Shown here: positions 1-10,279 of the stretch, piece after piece | How the letters are laid out: each line of letters begins with the position of its first letter | Numbering within the stretch: the first letter of the stretch is position 1 | Source: an uncultured Bacilli bacterium | GTDB taxonomy: Bacteria; Bacillota_I; Bacilli_A; RF39; UBA660 | Direction of reading: 5' to 3' | Assembly: GCA_947589435.1 (NCBI GenBank) | Contig: CANQBI010000004.1 | Span: forward strand, 1-55,091 | Length of the DNA: 55,091 bases | Translations under genes and position numbers: made by a program | The notes under the pieces: generated by a model | Told to the model about the DNA's origin: nothing | What the model saw: the letters and a program-made list of their open reading frames with translations, nothing else | Database searches by the model: none

Positions 1-231
1 TTAATTTTTATTTTCTTTTTATCGATTTTATTTGCCTGTCAATTCTTTTTTTATATTTTTTTCATGTCTTTGTCCTGTTTGAGAAATATTAGTTATTGAC
101 TAAATAAAATAAATATTATATTATTTAAATGTAAGGTAAAGAGTATTTTTTATTTTGTAATTAATATTCGGTATTTACAACATTTGTATAAAATTAATTT
201 AAATTATAAATAATATAAAAGAGGTAAGAGT

Positions 232-1057
232 ATGAAGAAAGAGAATAAAAATTTAGTACTATATGTAGGATTAACTATATTAGTAGTTCTAATAAGTAGC
301 ATCGGGGGGGGGTTATTGTAACACCCTAATATCTTTAGTATTCATACCATTTAATAACTTAAAAGATAAACTTTATAATATAAAAGAAAAATATAAAAAT
401 TTAAAATATAAACGAGAAATAACCTATATCATTCTCGGTCTTTTTGTTATGACTTTATTTAGAGTAATAAGTTCTACTCATGCTTACTATAATTATGAAA
501 TGGCTCCAGTCCCTATATTTACATCCAAAGTAGGAAACTTTGCTGGAGAAGGGGAAAGTGTTAAAACAGGACCACTTACTGATAAAAACACAGATATAAA
601 TGTTATATTCTATATGCAACTGCCTGATAATGCTGACAAATATAAGGAAAGTAAATATGTACCAGCAAGTGGATATAAAATAAATGTAGATAAATCTAAT
701 TGTTATCCTGCAGCCGGAGGAGATGCAACTTATAATAACTACACAATCAAAGAAGATGGCACAGTCCATATTGAATATACTGAGACAAAACCAACCCAAG
801 TAACTTGTAGATTATATTATGATAGAGATAAATTATCTGATGTTATTATATATGCCTATATAGAAGATGAAAATGGAGATAGAAAATATAATGACAAAAC
901 TTATAAATTAAACAATTCAGTACCAAGTGGATATAATATGACAGCCCATGAATGTAAAAGTAAAACAGCTGAAACTACATTTACATATGATACCAATGGC
1001 TTTCATATAGATACTGCCGGACCAGATACATGTTATGCATACTTTAGTAAAAGTTAG
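232..1057 (+). CDS. Cassette 1 gene A: secreted/membrane-anchored Cys-containing protein, frameshifted at a G9 tract (phase-variable or pseudogene)
   Basis: ATG 232 after GAGGT gives MKKENKNLVLYVGLTILVVLISSIGGGLL* (stop 319-321). Removing one G from G9 (304-312) reads open into ORF 449-1057. Shares THAYY..PIFT.KVGNF and C-terminal C.AYF with 13506-14207 and 28338-29039. Confidence 0.8.
304..312 (+). repeat. G9 homopolymer, candidate slipped-strand phase-variation tract
   Basis: ATC-GGGGGGGGG-TTATTG inside the 5' coding region in a very AT-rich context. Confidence 0.8.
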
Positions 1058-1068
1058 GAGTGGAAATA

Positions 1069-2238
1069 ATGAAAAAGAAAATAATATTAAAATTAATAGT
1101 GGTATTAGTAACAATAGGAATAATATATGAAGGTTATGGAATGATAAAAGAATTTACTGTATCAAGTAGAAATTTAGAAGAAATAAATACTAAAGACTTA
1201 TCAAGCAATGATAAATCAATAGCTATAGTTTTACAAAATGAAGATGATAGTTGGGAAGAAGCAACTGATAGAAGCAAATGGCCGAGTAAAGAAGATTATG
1301 GCTATATGGGAGCAGAATGTACTGACAGTGATGGAGCAAAGATAGATGTATCCACTATTTTAAAATTTGATTTAATGACCTATCATGCCACAATAGATAC
1401 TAAAAATAGTATTTATTGTACATTATATTTTGCAAAAGGAGAACCAGCGTTACAAAAATTACAAGAAACAGGAGGAGAAGTATTTGCTGGAGGTGGAGAC
1501 CACACAACAGCAGTAGATGGGATGTATAGATATAAAGGGACAACAACAGCCGTAAATAATAATTATATATGCTTTGGAACAAGTAATAAAGATGAATGTC
1601 TTGCAAATCCAGATACCTATATGTTTAGAATAATAGGAATAACAAGTGCAGATGATAATACAGTAGGATTAAAAAAAGGTCAATTAAAGATAATCAAAGC
1701 TACCCCATCAAATACAAGTCAAAAATGGGGAAATAGAGAAGATGATAGTTCACCATGGGACTCATCACAAGCAAAAAACCACGTAACATCATGGTATAAT
1801 ACAAACATCAGTGGCAAACAACCAAACGGAACATATTGGGATAGTATAGTAACAAGTCAAAAATGGTATAATGCAGACCAAACAAGTACACCAGGAACAG
1901 TAGAACCAAAAACAAGTCAAAGTGCAGCAAGTAAAGTTGCTTTAATGTATGGAACAGACTTTACAAATGCTAGTACTGGAACAAGTAGTTGGTTGTTTAT
2001 AAAAAACGGAATGACCGGTAGTCCTAGTTCAAATGAATGGACCATGACTAGGTATGGCCTCAACGACAGACGTTATTGGGCGTGGTATGTGCTTACAGAC
2101 GGCCGCTTGACCTACTGGTATGTGGACGGTACGTATGCGGTTCGCCCAGTCTTGTATCTTCAATCTGCAATAAATTTAACAGGTACAGGAAAATCAGATG
2201 ACCCATTTAGAATAAGAAGTATGAATAATGTCCAATAA
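1069..2238 (+). CDS. Cassette 1 gene B: N-terminally anchored surface protein with C-terminal DGR-target-like (C-type-lectin-like) domain
   Basis: N-terminal Lys-rich plus hydrophobic helix; motifs YRYKG..NNYICFG, FRIIG, EWTMTR..AWYV..G.L..YAVRPVLYL; paralogous to 14218-15468 and 29052-30200. Confidence 0.8.
   Translation: MKKKIILKLIVVLVTIGIIYEGYGMIKEFTVSSRNLEEINTKDLSSNDKSIAIVLQNEDDSWEEATDRSKWPSKEDYGYMGAECTDSDGAKIDVSTILKFDLMTYHATIDTKNSIYCTLYFAKGEPALQKLQETGGEVFAGGGDHTTAVDGMYRYKGTTTAVNNNYICFGTSNKDECLANPDTYMFRIIGITSADDNTVGLKKGQLKIIKATPSNTSQKWGNREDDSSPWDSSQAKNHVTSWYNTNISGKQPNGTYWDSIVTSQKWYNADQTSTPGTVEPKTSQSAASKVALMYGTDFTNASTGTSSWLFIKNGMTGSPSSNEWTMTRYGLNDRRYWAWYVLTDGRLTYWYVDGTYAVRPVLYLQSAINLTGTGKSDDPFRIRSMNNVQ
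2050..2145 (+). repeat. Variable repeat (VR1) matching template-like sequence 53216-53311
   Basis: 69/96 nt identical without gaps by manual alignment; GC-rich with only 2 of 32 third codon positions A, unlike the A-ending codons upstream. Confidence 0.8.
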
Positions 2239-2258
2239 AAAAGACTATTGCTAGTCTT
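2237..2258. terminator. Small hairpin between convergent genes
   Basis: AAAAAGACTA-TTGC-TAGTCTT. Confidence 0.5.
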
Positions 2259-2748
2259 AAGAATTAAATTTAACAGTTATATATTTTTCATCGTTATATA
2301 ACTCTTGAACACTTCTGATAATATCATTAGCTTTCTTATTATCGTGTTCTTTAGAAGATACTACAATACTTATTGAAGTATCTTTTATTTTGACAAAAGA
2401 ATTTAAATTAAATTTCTCTTTGATTAAGTTTTTAATTTTTTCTTCTTCACCTTTAGAATTGTTTAATTTTTGCATATTTTCATAAGCGACATTCTTTTCT
2501 TCAATTGTGGAATCACTATCAAGTAAAATGTCTTGGTATTCTTCCATTAAGGCTTGTTTTTCTTCATCATTTTCGACTTCTAAAGCCACTAAAACATCAG
2601 ATTCCGTTATTTCTAAAGTAGTGTTTTGATTATCATTTTCACTTTTTAAAACACTAGCTACTTCATCATCAATGGAAACATAATAAATACCTAAAATTAA
2701 AATTAAAGAAAATAGGGTAATGAACCATAAATTTTGTTTATTAATCAT
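2257..2748 (-). CDS. spoIIIAH: SpoIIIAH-like family sporulation protein
   Basis: KQNLWFITLFSLILILGIYY N-terminal anchor, acidic coiled region, E..I.NLIK...FV.I C-terminal domain; AGGAGG RBS. Confidence 0.75.
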   Translation of the reverse strand: MINKQNLWFITLFSLILILGIYYVSIDDEVASVLKSENDNQNTTLEITESDVLVALEVENDEEKQALMEEYQDILLDSDSTIEEKNVAYENMQKLNNSKGEEEKIKNLIKEKFNLNSFVKIKDTSISIVVSSKEHDNKKANDIIRSVQELYNDEKYITVKFNS

Positions 2749-2851
2749 ATTGCCTCCTTAAATTTATCACTAAATTTTATGTTGTAGATAAAAATAAATG
2801 ACAAATAATTTAATTTTTTTAAATAAGAATAATTGTTTGAAAAAATGAGAA

Positions 2852-2940
2852 TTTTACAACAAATATGTTCATTTTTTAAAGAAATTTCGCGAAAAAAAAG
2901 GAAATCCGAGATTTTTTTACAATAATATAAGTGAAGGGAG
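2852..2940 (+). promoter_or_regulatory. 89-bp upstream element, copy 1 (copy 2 at 52327-52415)
   Basis: 85/89 identity by manual comparison; ends at the RBS of the ABC transporter. Confidence 0.8.
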
Positions 2941-2947
2941 GAAAAAT

Positions 2948-4987
2948 ATGCAACATTTTAAACCTATATTGCAAAATGATTTTAAGGACTGTGGAATATG
3001 TTGTATGCAGTGGCTTATTATCTATTATGGTGGCTATATTCCTTTAGAAAAATTAAGAGAAGATACTCTTACAGATAGTAAAGGAACAAATGCTTTCCAA
3101 ATTGTAAATACGTTTATTAAATGGGGATTTGATGCCATTGGGGTTTTGGTTTCAAATATAGATGAAGATTTAGTCTTACCTGTAATAGCCCATTTAAAGT
3201 TAGATAATGGTCTTGAGCATTTTGTGGTTATTAAATCTATTATTAACAATAATGTTTATTTAATGGACCCCGGAATGGGTAATCGGAAAATGACGATGGA
3301 TAAGTTTAGAAATGTATTTACGGGACATTTAATAATTGCTAAGCCAAGAGATAGTTTAGTAAAAATGGAAAAAGGTTTAACTATTAAAAAATTATTCTTT
3401 AAAATATTAAAGACCGAAAAGTTTTTAATAGGCAGAATTATTTTAATGAGTTTAATCTTTACCATTCTTACAATATTATTAAGTTTTTATCTCAAAGTCG
3501 GTAGTAGTATAATAACTTATAATAAAAACTATTTAAAAATGGTAATTATTATCTTTGGAATTATGACTTTTTTAAAAGTCTTGTGCCTTTACTTAAAAGA
3601 ATATTACGAAAACCATTTAAGTAATAAGATTGATGTATCCATGTATCCTGCGTTTTTAAAACATTTAATAAGCCTCCCTTTAAAAAATATAAAGAGTAGA
3701 ACAACGGGGGAAATAATATCGAGAATAAATGATTTAGGTAGTTTAAAAAGTTTATTCACAAGTATTTTTATTGATGTATTATTAAATACTCTTTTGATTA
3801 CTTCATCAGTGATTATCTTAATATTTATTAATTATAAATTAACTATTATTTTAGGAATATTAATGTTTATATATCTTATTATAGGTATATTTATCGGGAA
3901 AAGTATTTATCAAAAAGTAATTGAGAATATTGTCTATGGAACCAACTTTAATAGTGAGATAGTGGAAGATATTACAAATTTAGAAAGTATTAAAAATCTA
4001 GATATTAAAAATATTATTTTAACCAAAAATGAAAAAGTCTTAAGTAAGTACTTTTGGAATAGTTATAAATTTAATAATTTTTTAAACATAACAAATTATG
4101 TTAAAGATTTACTTTTAGAGGCATCTTTGTTTGTTATTAATTCTTATGGCTTTTATTTAGTTTTAAATAGTAAGTTTTTAATTATCGATTTATTTACTTA
4201 TAATTTAGTTTTATCTTATGCGACATCTTCCATAAAGGGGATTATCGATAGTATTCCGAGGTATTATTATTTGAAAGCAACATTTAGTAAACTCGAAGAA
4301 TTTATTAATATTGAAGAAGAAAAGGAAGAGAATAATAAACTTATGTTAGAAGGTAATATTACTTTTAACAATGTGAGTTTTTCTTATAATCACTTGGATA
4401 ATATTTTAGATAAAGTGAATTTAAATATTAATAAAGGGTCGCATGTTTTATTAAATGGTGCATCTGGTACCGGAAAAAGTACTATCTGCCATTTAATCTA
4501 TAAAGATATGGAGACAACAAACGGGGAAATATTATTAGATGGGCAAAATATTAAAGATTTAAATATGGAGACAATTCGAAATAATATTTTATATGTTTCA
4601 CAAAATGAAGAATTATTTACAGGAACCATTAAAGAAAATATATTAATAGAAAGGAATGTTGAGGAAAAGTTCTTTTTAGATATCTGTAAAATATGTGAAA
4701 TTGAAAGTATCGTTTCTAAGAAAAGTTTACGTTATAACTCTTTAATTGAGCCTTCATCGAAAAATATTTCCGGTGGGGAAAAACAAAGAATAATTTTAGC
4801 TCGTGGTTTACTAAAACGCGCCAATATTATAATTTTAGATGAAGCTTTAAGCGAAGTAGATAAATACTTAGAAAGTAAAATTATTAGAAATATCTTAAGA
4901 TACTTTAAAGATAAAACAATTATTTATATATCTCATAAAAATCAAGCTAAACTTTTTAAAAATATTATTGAAGTAGGTAATTTATAA
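2948..4987 (+). CDS. Peptidase C39-containing ABC transporter (bacteriocin exporter)
   Basis: Q....DCG and HFVV C39 motifs, TM domain, Walker A GASGTGKS, ISGGEKQR signature, ILDE Walker B. Confidence 0.95.
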   Translation: MQHFKPILQNDFKDCGICCMQWLIIYYGGYIPLEKLREDTLTDSKGTNAFQIVNTFIKWGFDAIGVLVSNIDEDLVLPVIAHLKLDNGLEHFVVIKSIINNNVYLMDPGMGNRKMTMDKFRNVFTGHLIIAKPRDSLVKMEKGLTIKKLFFKILKTEKFLIGRIILMSLIFTILTILLSFYLKVGSSIITYNKNYLKMVIIIFGIMTFLKVLCLYLKEYYENHLSNKIDVSMYPAFLKHLISLPLKNIKSRTTGEIISRINDLGSLKSLFTSIFIDVLLNTLLITSSVIILIFINYKLTIILGILMFIYLIIGIFIGKSIYQKVIENIVYGTNFNSEIVEDITNLESIKNLDIKNIILTKNEKVLSKYFWNSYKFNNFLNITNYVKDLLLEASLFVINSYGFYLVLNSKFLIIDLFTYNLVLSYATSSIKGIIDSIPRYYYLKATFSKLEEFINIEEEKEENNKLMLEGNITFNNVSFSYNHLDNILDKVNLNINKGSHVLLNGASGTGKSTICHLIYKDMETTNGEILLDGQNIKDLNMETIRNNILYVSQNEELFTGTIKENILIERNVEEKFFLDICKICEIESIVSKKSLRYNSLIEPSSKNISGGEKQRIILARGLLKRANIIILDEALSEVDKYLESKIIRNILRYFKDKTIIYISHKNQAKLFKNIIEVGNL

Positions 4988-5400
4988 TGGATTATTTAAA
5001 AGTTAATTATTATAAGTTATTACACTTAAAAGTTAAAAAACATAGTTTATTAATTCTCTTACTCTTAACTATTTTAATCTTTAGTATATGGTATTTAAAT
5101 ACGCATTATATTACGAAGCGAATAGAAAGTTATGGTGTTTATGATGGTTTAGTTTTAAAGTTAGTTGCAGATAAAACGCTCTCTGAGGCAATAACTAAAG
5201 GAAGTAAACTTTCATTTAAAGATAAAGTAGTAAATTATGAAGTAAGCGAATATGGACCTTATGAGATGGTTAATAATACTTTATATCAAGAAATAGATTT
5301 AATTTTAGATGATGATTATGTAGATAATGAAGCGGGTGAAGTAGTTGTCTATTATGGCAAAATTAAAATAATAACTTTTATTTTAGAATTGTTTAAGTAA
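4987..5400 (+). CDS. Membrane-anchored secretion accessory protein (putative)
   Basis: Single TM helix; overlaps transporter stop; lies between transporter and peptide genes. Confidence 0.55.
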   Translation: MDYLKVNYYKLLHLKVKKHSLLILLLLTILIFSIWYLNTHYITKRIESYGVYDGLVLKLVADKTLSEAITKGSKLSFKDKVVNYEVSEYGPYEMVNNTLYQEIDLILDDDYVDNEAGEVVVYYGKIKIITFILELFK

Positions 5401-5413
5401 GGAGGAATTAGTA

Positions 5414-5566
5414 ATGGTTTTAAATAAGGAAGAAATGATGGAAGTAAAAGGAGGGGCCGCCATTAGTACGGCTTTGGTAACGACAATCGCAGCAATAGTC
5501 GGAGGTGTCGTGGTATTCATTAGTGGTATTTTAAATGGAGTGGTAAACTCTAAAGGTTGTAAGTAG
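5414..5566 (+). CDS. Double-glycine-leader bacteriocin-like peptide 1 (50 aa, not in ORF track)
   Basis: AAGGAGG RBS; MVLNKEEMMEVKGG/AAISTALVTTIAAIVGGVVVFISGILNGVVNSKGCK. Confidence 0.9.
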   Translation: MVLNKEEMMEVKGGAAISTALVTTIAAIVGGVVVFISGILNGVVNSKGCK

Positions 5567-5575
5567 GAGGAATTT

Positions 5576-5746
5576 ATGTTAAGTAACGAAGAACTTATGG
5601 AAGTTAAGGGAGGAGCCCTATCCGGAGCGGTCCTTGATAGTATTATCAAAATCATGGATAAAATCTTTGAAATAGGAGCTTCCCTTGGAGATTCTTTAAC
5701 AAGACTTTTTTCGAAAAAAAGTTGTGTGCATGTTACGCGTAGTTAG
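5576..5746 (+). CDS. Double-glycine-leader bacteriocin-like peptide 2 (56 aa, not in ORF track)
   Basis: AGGAGG RBS; MLSNEELMEVKGG/ALSGAVLDSIIKIMDKIFEIGASLGDSLTRLFSKKSCVHVTRS. Confidence 0.9.
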   Translation: MLSNEELMEVKGGALSGAVLDSIIKIMDKIFEIGASLGDSLTRLFSKKSCVHVTRS

Positions 5747-5820
5747 ATATATTTTCTAGTTGTAAAAATTCATCTTAAGTGTTATAATAACTTCAAGTAA
5801 AAAGGAAGGGAGGGCGATTT

Positions 5821-6006
5821 ATGACAAAGGTAGTAGTACAAAATGGTAATATTGACAGTGCTTTAAAGAAATTTAAAGTTAAAGTAGCAAGAAGCGGTGT
5901 CCCTTCAGAACTTAAGAAGAAAAAATTCCATGTTAAACCTGGAGTTGAAAGAAGAATTAAGAAAGAAGAAGGCATTAAAAACTCTCATAAGAGAAATCAT
6001 AATTAA
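5821..6006 (+). CDS. rpsU: 30S ribosomal protein S21
   Basis: IDSALKKFK..V..SG...E.KK..F..KPGV.R pattern; precedes yqeY. Confidence 0.92.
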   Translation: MTKVVVQNGNIDSALKKFKVKVARSGVPSELKKKKFHVKPGVERRIKKEEGIKNSHKRNHN

Positions 6007-6017
6007 GGAGGATATAA

Positions 6018-6452
6018 ATGATTGAACAAATTAATAATGATTTAAAAGATGCTTTAAAAAATGGGGACAAGTTTAGATTATCTGTCTTAAGAATGCTTAA
6101 AAGTGCTTTACAACTTGAAGCTATTAAAGAAAAATCGGAAGCTACTGATGAAATTGTCCTAAATGTTTTAAAAAGACAAGTAAAACAAAGAAACGATTCC
6201 ATTAAAGAATATACTGATTTAGGTAAATTGGAAGTTGCTGAAGATTTACAAAAAGAAATAGACATATTAAAAGAATATCTTCCTGAAGAAGCTAGTGATG
6301 AAGATATTAGAAAAACAGTTGAAGATGCTTTTTCGGAACTTAGTCCTAGTAGTATGAAAGATATGGGAAGAATAATGAAATATGTTTCTGAACACTTAAG
6401 TAATGCGGAAATGTCTAAAGTAAGTGCTTTAGTTAAAGAAAAATTAAATTAG
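6018..6452 (+). CDS. yqeY: GatB/YqeY domain protein
   Basis: DLKDALK.GDK.RLSVLRMLKS, KQR.DSI, YLP, KDMGRIM. Confidence 0.92.
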   Translation: MIEQINNDLKDALKNGDKFRLSVLRMLKSALQLEAIKEKSEATDEIVLNVLKRQVKQRNDSIKEYTDLGKLEVAEDLQKEIDILKEYLPEEASDEDIRKTVEDAFSELSPSSMKDMGRIMKYVSEHLSNAEMSKVSALVKEKLN

Positions 6453-6516
6453 AGGTAAGTATTTAAACTTATCTCTTTTTGTTTATAATAAAAAATATCA
6501 AGAATATAATTAAGTG

Positions 6517-6771
6517 ATGAAAAATTTGCATTTTAAAAGTTATATGGAAAATTTTTTGTATGATTTAAATAACTTCATAACCATTTATGATGATACTTTG
6601 CATGTTTTTAATTTTAATAAATTAAATAAATTAAGTGATACCGAAATTATTTTAAAAATAGGGTTTAAATTAGTTTTAATTGAAGGGGAAAATTTAAGAG
6701 TAAGTAAAATGACCAAACAAGAACTTCTTATTAATGGGGATATTTTTAAAGTGGAGTTTAAAAATGAATAA
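6517..6771 (+). CDS. yqfC: YabP/YqfC family sporulation protein
   Basis: I.GENL.V.......LLI.G.I..VEF motif; position before yqfD. Confidence 0.75.
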   Translation: MKNLHFKSYMENFLYDLNNFITIYDDTLHVFNFNKLNKLSDTEIILKIGFKLVLIEGENLRVSKMTKQELLINGDIFKVEFKNE

Positions 6772-7936
6772 GATAGTTTGGGTTAAAATTAAAAATAAAA
6801 GATATTATAATACTTTAATTAAATTAAATGAAATAGGCACTACTTTATATGAAACTAAAAAAGATAAAGATTATCTTTTAATTAAAACAAGTTTAAAAGA
6901 CTATAAAAGAATCAAAAAATATTTAGTTAGTTATGAAGTAGAGATATATGATGTAAGTGGTTTTTTAAAAGTAAAGGAACTTGCCCAAAAATATCTTGTT
7001 TTTATTTTAAGTAGTATTTTAAGTATTGGTATTTTAATGCTGGCTAATTTAATGGTTTTTAAAATAGATATTAAAAGTAATAAAGAAAGTATTAGAGAAT
7101 TATTAAAAGAAGAACTAAAAAAATATGGTTTAAAAGTGGGAACTTTAAAACATAATCATAAAGATATTGAAGTAATTGTCCAAAATATTTTAGAGGATAA
7201 TAAAGAAACACTTGAATGGTTAGAAATAAAATATGATGGTTTAATTATGGTAGTTAATGTGACTGAAAAAACCATTTTTAATAATGAGGAAGAAAAAGAC
7301 GAATGCGATATTGTAAGTAAAAAAGATGCGAAGATAATCAGTATGAATTTATATCGAGGAGTTGCTTTAAAAGAGGTAAATGATTATGTCTTAAAGGGTG
7401 AAACTTTAATAAGTGGAGCTATCACCCATAATGAAGAAGTTAAAAATACGACTTGTGCGAGTGGAGAGGTTTATGGGGAAGTTTGGTATAAAGCGAAAGT
7501 TGAAGTACCTTTTTTAGAAAATTATATTGAATATACGAATAAAAATAGGTATAATTTAAGTATCAATATAAATGATAAAGAGTATGCGATTTTTAAAAGT
7601 AGATTAGAGCATAAAAAAATTAGCAAAACAGTTTTGTATAAGTTAAATGATTTTCAAATTAATTTTCTTAAAGAAAAAGAATATAAGGAAAGTACCAAAG
7701 TCTTAACCCAAAATGAAGCGATGAATAAAGGAATAAATTTAGCGATTGAGAAAGTTGATTTAAGACTTGGGGAAAATGAAGAGATATTAACTAAAAAGGT
7801 TTTGAAAAAAGAAGTAAATGATAGTACAATATATTTAGAAATATTTATTGTAGCCAAAGAAAATATTGGTGTCGTTAAAGAAGGAATAGGAGGACTAAAT
7901 AATGATGAGATTGCTAGCCGGAAAAATAGTGAATAA
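6764..7936 (+). CDS. yqfD: Sporulation protein YqfD (stage IV)
   Basis: TM helix, LEWLEIK..G, DIVSKKDA.I, V.KGE.LISG, A.GEVYGEVWY. Confidence 0.85.
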   Translation: MNKIVWVKIKNKRYYNTLIKLNEIGTTLYETKKDKDYLLIKTSLKDYKRIKKYLVSYEVEIYDVSGFLKVKELAQKYLVFILSSILSIGILMLANLMVFKIDIKSNKESIRELLKEELKKYGLKVGTLKHNHKDIEVIVQNILEDNKETLEWLEIKYDGLIMVVNVTEKTIFNNEEEKDECDIVSKKDAKIISMNLYRGVALKEVNDYVLKGETLISGAITHNEEVKNTTCASGEVYGEVWYKAKVEVPFLENYIEYTNKNRYNLSININDKEYAIFKSRLEHKKISKTVLYKLNDFQINFLKEKEYKESTKVLTQNEAMNKGINLAIEKVDLRLGENEEILTKKVLKKEVNDSTIYLEIFIVAKENIGVVKEGIGGLNNDEIASRKNSE

Positions 7937-8519
7937 TGTTTGGCCTATGTTAGTAGTCTTTATCGTGGCTATTTCTTTAATTCGTTTTTTCTATTTACGA
8001 AATCATCGAGAGAGATTTTGTTTACATAAAGAATTAAGTTATTTATTTGCCATTATTTATATTTGGCTTTTATTTGAAATCTTAACCATGACGGAACTTA
8101 ATAGTAGTGGAGGCATTAATTTAATTCCTTTTTCGGAAATAATGCGTTATGAATTTGGAACGAAAATGTTTAATTATAGTGTCTTTGGGAATATTTTAAT
8201 TTTTATTCCATTTGGTTTTCTAATTGGCGAATATGTCAATCCCAAAAAAGTGTGGCCCATTTTAATTACCACGCTTCTTACCAGTTTAACAATTGAATTT
8301 GTCCAACTGGAAATAGGCAGAAGTTTTGATATTGATGATGTTTTATTAAATGTGGTGGGAGGTCTTTTAGGATATTTATTATATATAGGATTGTCGGCGA
8401 TTAGTAAGAGATTACCAGACTTTATGCGGAGTGATGCCTTTTATAATATTTTATGGATTGTTGTAATAGTTTTAGCAGGTATATATTTGCTAGGTTATTG
8501 GGGAGTTATATTTAAATGA
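7902..8519 (+). CDS. VanZ family membrane protein
   Basis: NLIPF, GNILIFIPFG, IEFVQ...GRSFDIDDVLLN..GG. Confidence 0.9.
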   Translation: MMRLLAGKIVNNVWPMLVVFIVAISLIRFFYLRNHRERFCLHKELSYLFAIIYIWLLFEILTMTELNSSGGINLIPFSEIMRYEFGTKMFNYSVFGNILIFIPFGFLIGEYVNPKKVWPILITTLLTSLTIEFVQLEIGRSFDIDDVLLNVVGGLLGYLLYIGLSAISKRLPDFMRSDAFYNILWIVVIVLAGIYLLGYWGVIFK

Positions 8520-8971
8520 TAGATTATAAGATTACAAATGAATATGGTTATAAAAAAGATTACAGTTACTTAGATAGTTTAATTAAAAGAATATTTAAAC
8601 ATGAGCATATTAAAAATGCGACTTTAAGTATTGTTTTGGTTGGTAATGAAAAAATTCAAGAATTAAATAAAAATTATCGGGGAATTGACCACATTACCGA
8701 TGTTATATCTTTTGCATTTGAAGAAACGGATGGTTTAGTGTATAATAATATGCGGGCTTTGGGAGAAATTTATATTTGCATTCCCAGAATGATTGAGCAA
8801 GCCCAAGATTATGGTCATAGTGAGGTAAGGGAACTGGCATTTTTAACTTGTCACGGAATCCTCCATTTGCTCGGATATGACCATATGAATAAAGAAGATG
8901 AAGAAGTAATGTTTGCTTTACAGGAGAAGATGTTAGATGAAGACGAAAAAACAAGAAAAGAAAGAAATTAA
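8516..8971 (+). CDS. ybeY: rRNA maturation RNase YbeY
   Basis: LN..YRG.D..TDVISF, HGILHLLGYDH. Confidence 0.97.
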   Translation: MIDYKITNEYGYKKDYSYLDSLIKRIFKHEHIKNATLSIVLVGNEKIQELNKNYRGIDHITDVISFAFEETDGLVYNNMRALGEIYICIPRMIEQAQDYGHSEVRELAFLTCHGILHLLGYDHMNKEDEEVMFALQEKMLDEDEKTRKERN

Positions 8972-9344
8972 TTTAATAAGAAATATTTTTAATAAGTGTA
9001 AATATACATGCCAAGGGTTATCATATTGCATTAAAAATGAATCCTCATTTGTCCTTGAGGCCATTTGTGCTTGTTTAATTATCATTATGGGAATTGCCTT
9101 TGATATTAGTTTTTTAGACTGGGTTATCGCTTTTGGTAGTTTATGTTTAATAAGTATTGTGGAACTTATTAATACAGCGATTGAGGCCACCGTGGATATG
9201 TTTACCCAAGAATATAATGAGTATGCCAAAATTGCTAAGGATTGTGGTTCAGCCGCAACGGGTATAATGACAGTCCTTGCTATAATTGTTAATTTAATAA
9301 TTTTTGTGCCTCATTTCATCAAGTTGTTTGTCACTATTTTTTAG
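8937..9344 (+). CDS. dgkA: Diacylglycerol/undecaprenol kinase
   Basis: ELINTAIE..VD, AKIAKD.GSAA; ybeY-dgkA-era synteny; exact start uncertain. Confidence 0.92.
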   Translation: MKTKKQEKKEINLIRNIFNKCKYTCQGLSYCIKNESSFVLEAICACLIIIMGIAFDISFLDWVIAFGSLCLISIVELINTAIEATVDMFTQEYNEYAKIAKDCGSAATGIMTVLAIIVNLIIFVPHFIKLFVTIF

Positions 9345-9353
9345 GGGGATATT

Positions 9354-10235
9354 ATGAGAAGCGGATTTGTAAGTATAGTAGGTAGACCCAACGTGGGAAA
9401 AAGTACTCTATTAAATGCTATTTTAGAAAGAAAAATCGCGATTACCTCGAATGTGGCTGGAACAACTAGAAATATAATTGAGGGTATCTATCATGAAAAA
9501 GATTTTCAAATTATTTTTGTGGATACTCCCGGAATATCTAAACCTTTAAATAAATTAGGAAAAGTTTTGAATAAACAAGCCTTATCTTTAACGAAAGATG
9601 TCGATTTAGTTTTACTTGTAGTGGATATTGAAGCGGGGATTGGTAAAGGCGATAAATTCTTAATGGATGCATTACTTTCCAATAAAATACCGGTTATTTT
9701 AGTTATTAATAAAATTGATAAAGTCTCTAATGAAACTTTAATTTTAGCAATAAATGAATATAAAGATTATGACTTTTCCGAAATTGTTCCCGTGTCCGCC
9801 AGAGAAAATGATAATGTTACCCATTTAATTGAGGTTATCAAAAAATATTTAAAAGATGATGTTAAATATTATTCGGATGATATTGTAACAAGCAGTTCTC
9901 TAAGTTTTATGGCAGGAGAAATTGTAAGAGAAAAACTTTTACAAAACACCCAAGATGAAATACCGCATTCTATTACTTGTCATGCGCATCATATTGAAGA
10001 GAAAAAAGATTTAATGAGCATCAGTGTCGATATAATTGTGGATAAACCAAGTGTTAAAAAAATAGTGATTGGCTCAGGTGGCGAAATGATTAAAAAAGTC
10101 GGAATGAGCGCCCGGAAAGACTTAGAAGAAATGCTTGGTAAAAAAGTTTATTTAGACTTATATGTTAAAGTTATTGAAAACTGGAAAGATAAGGATCGTT
10201 ATTTAAAAGAACTAGGTTTCTTTGATTATGAATAA
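9354..10235 (+). CDS. era: GTPase Era
   Basis: GRPNVGKSTL, TTRN, DTPG, NKID, KH domain. Confidence 0.97.
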   Translation: MRSGFVSIVGRPNVGKSTLLNAILERKIAITSNVAGTTRNIIEGIYHEKDFQIIFVDTPGISKPLNKLGKVLNKQALSLTKDVDLVLLVVDIEAGIGKGDKFLMDALLSNKIPVILVINKIDKVSNETLILAINEYKDYDFSEIVPVSARENDNVTHLIEVIKKYLKDDVKYYSDDIVTSSSLSFMAGEIVREKLLQNTQDEIPHSITCHAHHIEEKKDLMSISVDIIVDKPSVKKIVIGSGGEMIKKVGMSARKDLEEMLGKKVYLDLYVKVIENWKDKDRYLKELGFFDYE

Positions 10236-10279
10236 AAAAATTAAAAGTTCACCAATATAGTATTAGGAAGGTGAATAAA

